This document shows positions 10,027-19,633 of a stretch of 64,000 nucleotides of DNA, one piece after another. A program made the position numbers and the translations under genes. Source of the stretch: Candidatus Hydrogenedentota bacterium (lineage in GTDB: Bacteria; Hydrogenedentota; Hydrogenedentia; Hydrogenedentales; SLHB01). Numbering within the stretch: position 1 is the first letter of the stretch; each line of letters opens with the position of its first letter. The stretch lies in NCBI GenBank assembly GCA_963668025.2, contig CAXXTH010000017.1, positions 1-64,000 of the forward strand. The letters run 5' to 3'. Below the pieces are notes generated by a model. It searched no databases and had not been told where the DNA came from. It saw only the letters and a program-made list of their open reading frames with translations.

Positions 10027-11466
10027 TCATTCCGCCGCGTCAAGCGGCTTGATTTTCATATTGCGGAACTGGACAGGCATGCCGTGGTATTGGAATCCAA
10101 CAAATCCCGTACGCGCCATGTCTTTGTAGGCCGTGTTGAATTTATTCGCCGTGCCATCGGGATTCTTATGGGCTTCCGTCCATAAATCGAGATTCATGTC
10201 CGTGGCCTGTTCCCCGTTCAAGAACACCAGAATCCGGCTACCCTTCGCGATAATGACATAGCGGTTCCACTCGCCCGGTGCTTTCACCAAGCGCTTGGCG
10301 GGTGCGAGGCAATCGAAAATGCCGCCGCAATTTTCGCGTGTATTGGCCGCCTCAGGTTGTAGAATCTGCACCTCGATGGACGTTTGCAGCCATTCCACGG
10401 TATCGGTGCAGCGCAAAAACACGCCGCTGTTGGTCTCGGATTCACAACGGAATTCCAGATCGAGCACGAAATCGCCATACTGCTCCTTCGTCCAGATGTC
10501 GCCGCCGCCTTTTGCGGCCAGCACGCCATCCTCGTAGGACCAGCTATCTTTCGAGCAAACCGCGTTTTTGAGATTGGATTGAAACAGCGGTTTATATCCC
10601 TTCTCCGCCAGCGCCGTGGCTACGAGGCGGTAATAATCGACGCTTTGTTGAATCTCCGGCATGGATTCGAGCCAGTTGTATTCGTACTCGATGCTGAACA
10701 GGCCTTTGAACTCCTGGCGCTTCAGTTCGGCAAGCAGGCCGTATACGTTACAGGAGCCCGTGCCCCAGGGGACATCATGGGGCTCCGCGCCAGAGGTTAT
10801 GTCTTTGAAATGGAGGCTGATCACCCGGCCTTCGAGCTTGCGCAGGCATTCGAGGGGATCAAGGCCCGAGCGCAGCCAATGCCCGTCATCGACGCACGCG
10901 CCGATGCGCTTGCTCCGCCCCTTCACGGCATCCAGGAACGTATCCGGACTCCAGTAGAAGGATGGTTTCGGATGGTTATGGACGGCCAGGTTGACGCCAT
11001 ACTCTTCGCATAACGCCTCCATGAGATCCATTTCTTCTGGTTTAGGCTCCGAGGAAATCGAGGAGATCCCGAGGGACTTCGCGAATTCGAAGATCTGCCG
11101 CCATTCGGCTTCATTCGAGCCACCGACTACGCCGTATGCCGCGAGTTTCACTCCGGCGCTCTTTAACTTATCCGCTACCTTTTGCCGGGTATCGGCATCC
11201 ATCGTATGCAAGAACTTGGCATCGCTGCCGTTCTCGATGCGCTGGCCCGGGAAAGCTTCGATGTAACCAAGGCCGAGAGCTTTTGTTTTGTCAACAGCTT
11301 CAAAGAACGTGAACTCCTTGAAGCTCCATGCTTGAGCGCCCAGCTTCCAGCCAAGCTGCTCTTCGGGCGGGCCCGCCGCTTGTGCTGCGGCCGTTCCTGT
11401 GAACACGCCAAAGCCTATCATCGCAATGGCGCATCCCCGCATGAAAATACTCAGGCGTATCTTCAT
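10027..11466 (-). CDS. Secreted sugar phosphate isomerase/epimerase (AP-endonuclease-2 TIM barrel) fused to DUF1080
   Basis: Signal peptide; AVHNH, DDGHW, LHFKD, IEYE TIM-barrel motifs; C-terminal YGDFVLDLEF, NSGVFLR, EVQIL, GEWN, GFQYHG..VQFRNMKI; RBS AGGAGG. Confidence 0.85.
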   Translation of the reverse strand: MKIRLSIFMRGCAIAMIGFGVFTGTAAAQAAGPPEEQLGWKLGAQAWSFKEFTFFEAVDKTKALGLGYIEAFPGQRIENGSDAKFLHTMDADTRQKVADKLKSAGVKLAAYGVVGGSNEAEWRQIFEFAKSLGISSISSEPKPEEMDLMEALCEEYGVNLAVHNHPKPSFYWSPDTFLDAVKGRSKRIGACVDDGHWLRSGLDPLECLRKLEGRVISLHFKDITSGAEPHDVPWGTGSCNVYGLLAELKRQEFKGLFSIEYEYNWLESMPEIQQSVDYYRLVATALAEKGYKPLFQSNLKNAVCSKDSWSYEDGVLAAKGGGDIWTKEQYGDFVLDLEFRCESETNSGVFLRCTDTVEWLQTSIEVQILQPEAANTRENCGGIFDCLAPAKRLVKAPGEWNRYVIIAKGSRILVFLNGEQATDMNLDLWTEAHKNPDGTANKFNTAYKDMARTGFVGFQYHGMPVQFRNMKIKPLDAAE

Positions 11467-11509
11467 GGCAAACGCCTCCTTTCTAACCGCTCACCAAGGA
11501 GCGTAGTGG

Positions 11510-12487
11510 TTATTTGTCAAGTGGTTTGACCCAGATATTTTTGTACTGGACCGGATCGCCGTGGTTCTGGAGATGCAGTGGGCCAACGGGCGCTTCATCC
11601 GGGCTCACGCCGCCGGGGGTGACATGGGGCAGCACGACATTGTCATGAATCAGCACGCCATTGTGGCGTACGGATATCAGCGCATCCTTTGTTTTTTTGC
11701 CTTGCGCATCGAATTGTGGTGCGTGAAACGTGATGTCATACGTTTGCCATTCATCGGGCGGCAGGCAGGCGTTCACTTTCGGCGTGGCAAGCTGGTAGAT
11801 GCCGCCGCACAGGTTATCCGCAGGCTCATCGCCGAAGCTATCGAGCACTTGGATCTCATAACGCCCCGCCAGATACACGCCGCTGTTCCCTCGAGCTTGG
11901 CCGCCGAGCCAGGGCATATAAGGCGTACAGAATTCGACATGGATTTCCGCGCTGCCGAATTCTTGTTTGCTATAGAATTGGCCGCCTCCGATGACAATCC
12001 TTCCATCCTGGATCATGCCATAGTTCCAGGCATCAAGGTTCGTGCCATCAAACAAGACAATAGCACCCTCCGGCGGAGCCGCATTCAAGGTGGGCGGGAT
12101 TTTTCGCACCTGTTTCATCTCGAACGCGGCTTCTTCTCCCGCTTCGCCTTTGGCTGGCTTCAACGTCCCAGAGAAGACGCCATCCGCAATCCGGCCCGAC
12201 ACGGCATACACGCCCGCCAATTTGCCTTCCAGGGTAATCTCCCCGGAAATAGCGGCTGTTTTGTTGTCCTGTTTCCCTTGGAGTTCGCCTTTGGCTCGAG
12301 TGCCGTCCACTTCAAACAGAATGCGGTAGGCGTTATCGGGCATTCCGATAATTTTGGCCGCTAACGCAGTGTTTTCCCATCCTTTGGCTTCGGCCGCGCC
12401 TTCCCAATTGCCCATGATGGGATCAGCGGAAGCCGAGGCTGCCACGAGCAACAGAACACAACCTATTATGCTTATTATGCGATGCAT
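11510..12487 (-). CDS. Secreted DUF1080 (3-keto-glycoside hydratase-like) protein
   Basis: Signal peptide; PPEGAIVLFDG, HVEF, RGNSGVYL..RYEIQVLDS, WQTYDI, LQNHGDPVQYKNIW. Confidence 0.88.
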   Translation of the reverse strand: MHRIISIIGCVLLLVAASASADPIMGNWEGAAEAKGWENTALAAKIIGMPDNAYRILFEVDGTRAKGELQGKQDNKTAAISGEITLEGKLAGVYAVSGRIADGVFSGTLKPAKGEAGEEAAFEMKQVRKIPPTLNAAPPEGAIVLFDGTNLDAWNYGMIQDGRIVIGGGQFYSKQEFGSAEIHVEFCTPYMPWLGGQARGNSGVYLAGRYEIQVLDSFGDEPADNLCGGIYQLATPKVNACLPPDEWQTYDITFHAPQFDAQGKKTKDALISVRHNGVLIHDNVVLPHVTPGGVSPDEAPVGPLHLQNHGDPVQYKNIWVKPLDK

Positions 12488-12493
12488 GGATTC

Positions 12494-13867
12494 TTACCTC
12501 CCCGGATTCAGTTTTTTTGCGCCCGGAATGTTCCAGCCTTTCCGGTATTCACGGATCAGGAAACGATTGGCTTCGGGAGCATTCGTAACCTTCATCGCGG
12601 CGTCGTCCCATTCGATTTTGCGTCCCGCGCGCAGGGCCACGGTTCCGAGAATCACCATTTCGGTCAAGGGCACGGAATACTCGAAATTCGAGCAGGCGGG
12701 CTGCCCGGTCAGGCAAGCGTTGAGCCAGTCTTTATACACGCCGCCCACACGAGGGATATACGGCTCGGGCGCATTGAGCGTTTTTTGCTCCGATTCCGGG
12801 AGAAGCCGGGGTTCGCCGCCGTAGCAGCCACACGTCAGCACGCCTTTTGTTCCGACAAAAAACGAGCCATTAGCGCCATCGCCTAGCTTGGCGTCGCCGA
12901 TGCCCGCCGGGCGTTCGGGCAAAATACCGCCATCGTACCAATACAGGCTTACCGGAGGCAGTGTTTTGTCTTTCCATTGGCGCTCGGGGAAATTATACCG
13001 GATGACGGATTTGGCGGGGGCGGTCATTTCGTTGCCGCCTTCTTTTTGCAGGCATTCCACGGATTGGGGAGCGCCCAGATGCAGCGCCCAAAATGCGGGA
13101 TCGATGATATGGCAGCCCATGTCACCAAGCGCGCCTGTGCCGAAATCCCACCATGCCCGCCAAGCGAATGGGCAATACGCTTTGTTATAGGGGCGCGCTT
13201 GGGCTGTGCCCAGCCACAGATCCCAGTCCAGCGTTTCCGGCACGGGCTCGGCAGGCCATGGGCCGGAGAGGTTTTGCGGCCAGATGGGCCGGTCGGACCA
13301 GCAATGGACTTCCTTAATGTCGCCAATCACCCCGGCCCAGATGACTTCGCACAAGGCGCGCACATCATCGGCGGAATGGCCCTGGTTGCCCATTTGCGTG
13401 GCGACCCGGTGTTTGCGCGCCGCTGCACGCAGCATGCGGGCTTCATAGATGGTGACTGTCAACGGCTTTTGGACATACACATGCTTGCCCTTGGCCATGG
13501 CATACAACGCTGCGGGGGCATGCGTGTGATCCGGCGTCGAGACCATGACCGCGTCGATGTCTGTCTCGTTATCAAGCATCTCGCGGAAGTCGGTGTAATG
13601 AGGCACTTGCGGATACCAGTCAAAAGCCTCGGAGCCCATCCGGGCATCGACATCGCACAAGGCGGCAATCACGGCGCCGTCGCGTTCGACTCCCACCACG
13701 TCATTTTTTCCCATGCCGCCGCATCCGATGGAGGCCACCCGGACAGGGCCAGCGCTTTTCTTGACTAGAATGTTTGGCCCCGCGCTCCTCGTGAGGGTCG
13801 AGCATCCGCCCAGCGTAATCAGGCTTCCCAGCAGAAATCCGCGTCTTGTGAGGTTTTTATCCATCAT
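12494..13867 (-). CDS. Tat-exported Gfo/Idh/MocA oxidoreductase
   Basis: TRRGFL twin-arginine signal, IGCGGMG, STPDHTH, HVYVQKP, QMGNQGHS, WDFGTGALGDMGCHIID. Confidence 0.92.
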   Translation of the reverse strand: MMDKNLTRRGFLLGSLITLGGCSTLTRSAGPNILVKKSAGPVRVASIGCGGMGKNDVVGVERDGAVIAALCDVDARMGSEAFDWYPQVPHYTDFREMLDNETDIDAVMVSTPDHTHAPAALYAMAKGKHVYVQKPLTVTIYEARMLRAAARKHRVATQMGNQGHSADDVRALCEVIWAGVIGDIKEVHCWSDRPIWPQNLSGPWPAEPVPETLDWDLWLGTAQARPYNKAYCPFAWRAWWDFGTGALGDMGCHIIDPAFWALHLGAPQSVECLQKEGGNEMTAPAKSVIRYNFPERQWKDKTLPPVSLYWYDGGILPERPAGIGDAKLGDGANGSFFVGTKGVLTCGCYGGEPRLLPESEQKTLNAPEPYIPRVGGVYKDWLNACLTGQPACSNFEYSVPLTEMVILGTVALRAGRKIEWDDAAMKVTNAPEANRFLIREYRKGWNIPGAKKLNPGR

Positions 13868-13911
13868 GAATTTCCTTCCCTACATAGCGCAACCCCAGCG
13901 CCGTGCAATTG

Positions 13912-13941
13912 GCATCTTCGTTGCATGATCAACGAAGATGC
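13912..13941. promoter_or_regulatory. Perfect 12-bp inverted repeat (operator or hairpin) upstream of the Gfo/DUF1080 operon
   Basis: GCATCTTCGTTG-CATGAT-CAACGAAGATGC with no U-tract. Confidence 0.5.
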
Positions 13942-14019
13942 TTGCTACCTAGAAACGTTCTCTCTGTAAAAACGTTTTATGCATTCAGGCCAGGGCGCAG
14001 GACGCCACGGCCGGTATTG

Positions 14020-16212
14020 CTATGTGTAGTTGCGCGGGGTTATTTCTTTGAATGGGGCCAGCCCCATTTCCAAACGTTCCACCAGCGCACAAGCGGGCTC
14101 CCCCTGTTCTATACCCAAACGCACCGCTTGGGTTCCCGCTAATGTGTCAAACCAGCCAGGACGCTCGAAAAGGAAATCTTTGGGGTGTATTTGCCGCATG
14201 GCGGCGATAAGCGCCACGGCCATGCGGAATGGCCGGGCGGAGATGGGATCGGTGATATGAATGCGCACGCCCTGGCAGGAGGTATCTTCGTAGCGGGGAT
14301 GTGCGGCCTTGCCTGGCATGCTTATGGGGGTGAACGTAGCGGCCTCCAGGCGGAATCCCTGGATATCTGGGGCCGCCAAGGCCGAGATGACACGCGCGGC
14401 ATCGAGCCACGGCGCGCCCACAAGCTCGAAAGGCGCTTCGGTGCCGCGCCCCTCGCTCACGTTCGTACCTTCGAATAGACAGGTTCCTACGTATACGAGG
14501 GCCGTATCGGGCGTGGGAATGTTGGGAGATGGCGGAATCCAAGGCAGGCCGCATTGCCCAAACAAACGCGCCCGGGGCCATTTATCGAGGGCGTTAATCG
14601 AGAGTTCGAGGCGTTTTCCAGGCCCGGCGGAAGCCGCGAACAATGTGGCGATTTCGCCCATGGTCAGGCCATGGCGCACCGGCACGGCTCCCCAGCAAAC
14701 AGGCGAATCGGTTTTTTCCGCGATAGGCCCTTCCATGATTTCGCCGCCGATGGGATTGGGCCGGTCGAGCACGAGGACTGGCGTCCCCGCTTCACGGCAC
14801 GCTTCCATGCAGTCTTTCATCGTTGAGGCATAAGTGTAATAACGTGAGCCTATGTCTTGCAGGTCGATAACGAAGTAATCGATCCCGCTCAGTTCCTCAG
14901 CGGATGGCTTTTTGCGTTTCCCCATCAAACTGATAATAGGTGCGCCGCCCTGTTCAGATGGCACGGCTTCGCCTGCCTCGGCTTGTCCCCGCAGGCCATG
15001 CTCGGGGCTGTAGATATAGCGGAGCTGCACCTCTGGCGCTAAAGCGAACACGTCGGAAATGGGGCGTCCCAGTTGATCCACGGCGGCGTGGTGCGTCAGC
15101 AGCGCGGCGCGCTTGTTACGCAACGGCTTAAAATCTTCGTACATCAGCCGGTCGAGGCCGCTATGGGTTGAAGAGGCGTCCGGGTAGTATTGTTTGGCTA
15201 TGGCGTCGAAAAAGGTGCGCCGAAGCACGCCGCCATTCGCCGCGCTGCGTGTGGGATGGCAGGTGTTGCTGAGTAAAATGGCGAAGAAGCCGCGCTTGCG
15301 GTCCATCCAGAGGCAGGAGCCCGTGAATCCGGGGTGGCCGAACGCTTCCCGGGCGGGAAGATAGCCTGCGGAACTCGACGCCCATGGATCCAGCGCCCAG
15401 CCCAGGCCTTGCCAAGGATAAACAGGCGCCTGGCCCAAGCGCAGCGCTTCATCAAGGGTTTGTTCGCGCAAGAGTTTTCCACCCAACAGGCCCCGGCAAA
15501 ACCGGGCCAAGTCCTCCGCCGTGGAAAACAGCCCCGCATGGCCTGACACGCCCCCCACCGCATACGCATTTTCATCATGCGGTTCGCCGCGAAGCAGCTT
15601 GTTTCGCCAGGGGCATTGTTCGGTGGGCGCACAACGCGAGGCGCGCCCGGCGGGCGGATTATAACCCGTGTCTTTCATGCCCAGCGGTTCGAAGATCTGC
15701 TTGGCGCAAAACGCATCGAGCCGGTCGCTGGCCGCCATCTCGAGCACGCGGCCCAGAATCATGAATCCGAGATCAGAATATTGCCGCCGTGTTCCGGGGG
15801 GGTAACGCAGCTCTTCCTGAGCGATCAGTTGAAGCGCTTCCGTCATGCTGGATGCCTGTTTGTACAGCGGAATCCATGCGGGAAGCCCCGCCGTGTGGGT
15901 GAGCAATTGCCGTACGGAGATGGCTTGAAAAGCTGGAACCGGCACATACTCCGCCACCGGTTTATCTAGAACAAGCTGTCTGTTTTCATACAACAGCAAT
16001 GCGGCAGTCGTCGTAGCGACAGCCTTAGAGACCGACGCAAGATCGTAAATGGTGTCCTTTGTGGCCGGCTCGGATGTTGGCGTGGACTGCCGTAGCCCAG
16101 CCGCTTCAAAAAATTCACATGCTTCAATCGTGCCGACATAGGCCACCGCCCCAGGGGCATGCGATTCCGCAACGGCATCCGCCAGCGCGCTTGAAAGCGT
16201 ATCCTGCGCCAT
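14020..16212 (-). CDS. Beta-lactamase-family serine hydrolase fused to NamZ/DUF1343 exo-beta-N-acetylmuramidase
   Basis: DLASVSK (SxxK), LLTHTAG, YSDLG, GHAGLFST, GHPGFTG; then SPEHG, DLQDIGSRYYTY, VLDRPNP, RHGLTMGE, PSPNIP, SEGRGT. Confidence 0.9.
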   Translation of the reverse strand: MAQDTLSSALADAVAESHAPGAVAYVGTIEACEFFEAAGLRQSTPTSEPATKDTIYDLASVSKAVATTTAALLLYENRQLVLDKPVAEYVPVPAFQAISVRQLLTHTAGLPAWIPLYKQASSMTEALQLIAQEELRYPPGTRRQYSDLGFMILGRVLEMAASDRLDAFCAKQIFEPLGMKDTGYNPPAGRASRCAPTEQCPWRNKLLRGEPHDENAYAVGGVSGHAGLFSTAEDLARFCRGLLGGKLLREQTLDEALRLGQAPVYPWQGLGWALDPWASSSAGYLPAREAFGHPGFTGSCLWMDRKRGFFAILLSNTCHPTRSAANGGVLRRTFFDAIAKQYYPDASSTHSGLDRLMYEDFKPLRNKRAALLTHHAAVDQLGRPISDVFALAPEVQLRYIYSPEHGLRGQAEAGEAVPSEQGGAPIISLMGKRKKPSAEELSGIDYFVIDLQDIGSRYYTYASTMKDCMEACREAGTPVLVLDRPNPIGGEIMEGPIAEKTDSPVCWGAVPVRHGLTMGEIATLFAASAGPGKRLELSINALDKWPRARLFGQCGLPWIPPSPNIPTPDTALVYVGTCLFEGTNVSEGRGTEAPFELVGAPWLDAARVISALAAPDIQGFRLEAATFTPISMPGKAAHPRYEDTSCQGVRIHITDPISARPFRMAVALIAAMRQIHPKDFLFERPGWFDTLAGTQAVRLGIEQGEPACALVERLEMGLAPFKEITPRNYT

Positions 16213-16469
16213 CCGCTCCCTCCAGTAACTATTCCACTTGAACGCAGTGGAACCCACGCGGCGTCATGCCGCGGAGAAAGTGTAAAGCGCATGCTTCAAG
16301 ATCGCAAGAAAGACATGGCGCCATTTGGCGGCATACCGCCTTCCGCGCATGCTATGCGCATGGCGCCATCCCCTTCCTTCCCCTGCCAGCCTGCCATTGG
16401 GAGAGCGCGGCTGTCGCGTAATAGACTGGCGGACAGTCCGGTTGGGCCATTCCCGCCATCCAAATAACG

Positions 16470-16760
16470 CTAGGCGCTTGCTTTCTTTTTGGCAGGCGCT
16501 TTTTTCACGGCGGGCTTCGCCGCGGGCGCTTTCTTTGCAGCCGGTTTCTTGGCCGCGGGAGCTTTCTTTGCCGCAGGCTTCGCCGCAGGAGCCTTCTTCG
16601 CGGCGGGCTTCGCCACAGGGGCTTTCTTCGCGGCGGGCTTCTTTGCAGCGGGCTTCGCCGCAGGCGCTTTCTTTGCGGCCGGTTTCTTTGCAGCGGGTTT
16701 TTCCACAGGTGCTTTTTGGGCGGCTGGTTTCTTTGCGGCGGGCTTCTTTTCGAGAGCCAT
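16470..16760 (-). CDS. Histone H1-like Lys/Ala/Pro-repeat DNA-binding protein (HctB/AlgP-like), 96 aa
   Basis: MALEKKPAAKKPAA...KKKASA, almost entirely KPAA/KKAPAA repeats; RBS AAGGAGAA upstream. Confidence 0.8.
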   Translation of the reverse strand: MALEKKPAAKKPAAQKAPVEKPAAKKPAAKKAPAAKPAAKKPAAKKAPVAKPAAKKAPAAKPAAKKAPAAKKPAAKKAPAAKPAVKKAPAKKKASA

Positions 16761-17593
16761 TCTTAGTTCTCCTTTTACACGGCTTCTGTTATCCAGCAAA
16801 CGCGATAATGCGTTCACCGGCATACGGATTGCGCTGCCCAATCGTTTGAGAGCTTGTGACTTGAAACCGCTAGGCGCATAGCCGCCTTCGGCTTGTTCTC
16901 TCAAACGCCCCCGCTTCACATACGGCGCATGGGGCAGCGCTATCTAACGCACGCCGCGGCGCTGGCCGCATGCGGTGCGAATTAGCACATAACAGAGTTG
17001 CATATAAGGATTATATGAATGGCTTGGCGGCATTATAGAACGGCAATGCTCGTGCGCATGGTGCGGATTGCCTGTTTCCATGCCTCGCATCGTCATGCCG
17101 AATCCTCGTTACGATACGCCCCGCCTCGAGTAGTCTATGGGCCCCACTCATCATCTGAAGCACTTGCTTGGAGCATCCGCGAATCCCTCACGCCATCCTG
17201 TATCTGCTGGCGTTTCGCGGCTCCCGCCGCCCTAACGGCTGGGCGGCCCTGCGACGCTTCTTGCTAAGGCCCTTTATAAAAGCCTTTAACATCTATTTGT
17301 GTACCATACAACGCCTCACGAAGCAAGAGATTTCTATGCAATTCTCGCTTTTTTCAAAATGAGGGAAATCATTGTTGCGCATGCCGGATAAACAAGGATG
17401 GCCCACATGCATGAAAATCATAAAAAATGCCCACAAATTAGGGAATTTTCAAATATGGCAACCACCATCTTCCATCACGGCCACGTATATTGCGGATTCA
17501 CATGCCTTAATGGATCTTCGTGAGAATTTGCGGGCGTTCGAGAACTAGGGATAGCATGCAGGTAGTGGCAATCCTATTCAGAGAAGCTTTTTT

Positions 17594-17750
17594 ACCACGG
17601 GAACATGGGGAGGCGCGGGGAACGAAAGGCGTTTACGAAACAAATGTCCAAGAAATGGAGCTTAACATTCTGGGTAAACTGCAACGACTATAATGCTGAA
17701 TGCCATGGGACACGGTATGAGTTCCCCGTGTTTCCCCGTGTCCCCGTGGT
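17594..17750. repeat. MITE-like element bounded by 29-bp imperfect inverted repeats of CACGGGGAA-like units
   Basis: ACCACGGGAACATGGGGAGGCGCGGGGAA (17594-17622) vs TTCCCCGTGTTTCCCCGTGTCCCCGTGGT (17722-17750). Confidence 0.6.
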
Positions 17751-17856
17751 GGAAAAAAGACAAGTGCATATGTCCATGTTTCACCCCATCCGGCTGCCAT
17801 ATCTATTCGCATTCGTGTAAAATGCGCATACCAAACGCAACCCAGGAAAGGCGCCC

Positions 17857-19479
17857 ATGAATATAGGTCCGGCATCTTTGCCCGTTGTGATATGGACGGC
17901 GTGTTACGGCTGGCTGGCGTTAGTCGTGGCGAGTGCATGGTGGTGTACGCGCCGCTTGCCCGCCGAGTTGAATTCCGAGCCGGAACCCAAATGGGCGCGG
18001 CGACCGCTAGGATTCCGCCTCGAACCGCTGGACCAGGCGAGCCTATGCCTGCTGGCGGGGCTGGCGCTGATGCTCTGGCTCGCACGCGAGCAGTTCATTC
18101 CGCGCCCGCCGGATGGCTACTACCACATCACCGTGGCGCGCGAGATCCTGCGCACGGGATGTATTCCGTTGTGGGACGCCTGGGAGCTGGCCCCCTATGG
18201 CCGCCCGCACCTTTATCCGCCCGGATTCCATCTGCTCATGGCGGCCCTGAGCTGGCCTTCTGGCGACGCCTTGCACGGATTCCGGGCTGTATCCGCGCTG
18301 CTGCCGTCCGTGGCGCTAGGGGCCGTGTGGTATCTGGCGCGGTGGCTGTTCGACGCGCGGCGCGGCTTTCTGGCGCTGCTCATCACGGGCATGGATGCGC
18401 CATTCATGGCCATGGGCCTGATGGCCATCCCGGCGCTCCTCGCAGGGGCCATGCTGGCGTTCATGCTAGCGCTTTTCCTCAGCAAACGGCCCGTGGCGGC
18501 GGCCATTCTTGCGGCCCTGGCGATGTATATGCATCTGGGCATGGCCCCCTTCGTGTTTCTGGGCCTATTCCTGTTCACCTTGCAGCGGCGCGAATACCTG
18601 CTTTCATTCTTTGGCGTGCTGGCGCTCACGTTGCTGCTGATCGCGCCGTGGTACGCCCATATCTGGACGTATCGCGAATGGTTTGGACATCCTATTGACC
18701 GGGGCCTTTGGGGAGAGTTTTCACCTGGCCGCGCCGTTCTCCTCAAGCTCACCTGGATGCTCGTGCTCAACGTGGCGCTGGCCATCGTACTCGTCCGGGC
18801 GGCGCGCATCATCCGCTGGGGCGAGGCGCGCAACCGGCTTCTTCTAAGCCTGGCAATCGCCTTTTTACCGGTCTGGCTCTCTTACGGCGGGCGGTATTGG
18901 GCGAACACCATTCCGTATTGGTCCATCCTCGGAGCCGCCCTTTTCGCCCCCCTGCTGGCGAAGCCGCTCCGCCTTCGGCGGATAGCGGCGGCGCTGTTGC
19001 TGGCGCTCTGTCCCACGGCGGCGGTGATCACCGGTTTCGGCGGCCTCGTGCCCAATGGCGCGTATCCGATGATTTCGGGATGGATGCTCCCCCCCGCCAC
19101 GGCTGTGGCGGGCCGCGCCATTCTCGACGCCTCTTGCGAGGCGAAGTGGAACGAACTGGAAGAGTTGGGCCGTTATATTCGGGAGAACACACAGCCAGGC
19201 CAGATCATTTATTGCCTCGATGTGCAAAGTAGGCAACTGGCGGCCATGATCGGTTATCATGCCGAACGCCCCATCGCCACCGCCGTGTGGGAAGAGGCAT
19301 GGCCGGACCCCAGCATCGAGCGCATGCTGGACTGGAACGTCCAGCATGATCCCAAAGGCGTTTTAGTCCGGCGTGCGGGCCGGTTTGTTTCAGGAAACGC
19401 AGGCGAACGGGCCGGTTTCACGCGCTCCAAAACATGGACGCCCGTAGGAGGTTTTCAGGTGCACATCTCTAGCCAATGA
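17857..19479 (+). CDS. Polytopic membrane protein, probable GT-C glycosyltransferase
   Basis: PDGYYH and GRPHLYPPGFHLL in the first loop, about 12 TM helices, soluble C-terminal domain; adjacent to a GT2. Confidence 0.65.
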   Translation: MNIGPASLPVVIWTACYGWLALVVASAWWCTRRLPAELNSEPEPKWARRPLGFRLEPLDQASLCLLAGLALMLWLAREQFIPRPPDGYYHITVAREILRTGCIPLWDAWELAPYGRPHLYPPGFHLLMAALSWPSGDALHGFRAVSALLPSVALGAVWYLARWLFDARRGFLALLITGMDAPFMAMGLMAIPALLAGAMLAFMLALFLSKRPVAAAILAALAMYMHLGMAPFVFLGLFLFTLQRREYLLSFFGVLALTLLLIAPWYAHIWTYREWFGHPIDRGLWGEFSPGRAVLLKLTWMLVLNVALAIVLVRAARIIRWGEARNRLLLSLAIAFLPVWLSYGGRYWANTIPYWSILGAALFAPLLAKPLRLRRIAAALLLALCPTAAVITGFGGLVPNGAYPMISGWMLPPATAVAGRAILDASCEAKWNELEELGRYIRENTQPGQIIYCLDVQSRQLAAMIGYHAERPIATAVWEEAWPDPSIERMLDWNVQHDPKGVLVRRAGRFVSGNAGERAGFTRSKTWTPVGGFQVHISSQ

Positions 19480-19633
19480 ATGGCCGCGCTTGCCACAAAA
19501 TGCACAAGAGATGCAAAAGAAAAACGGCCCGAACTCTTGTGTCCTTTTACGTTTTTGCAGCAGATATACAGCTTGCCGATGGCCCTGGACGCTTTTGGTT
19601 GACGCTCCCCTCAGGCCTGCGTACACTGCTGGC

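Noticed and set aside
13910-13925. Sigma-54-like TGGCAT-N5-TTGCA
   Set aside because: It points away from the operon and coincides with one arm of the inverted repeat; likely coincidental.
16489-16881. Plus-strand AAGF-repeat ORF
   Set aside because: Mirror of the Lys/Ala-rich gene, which carries the RBS.
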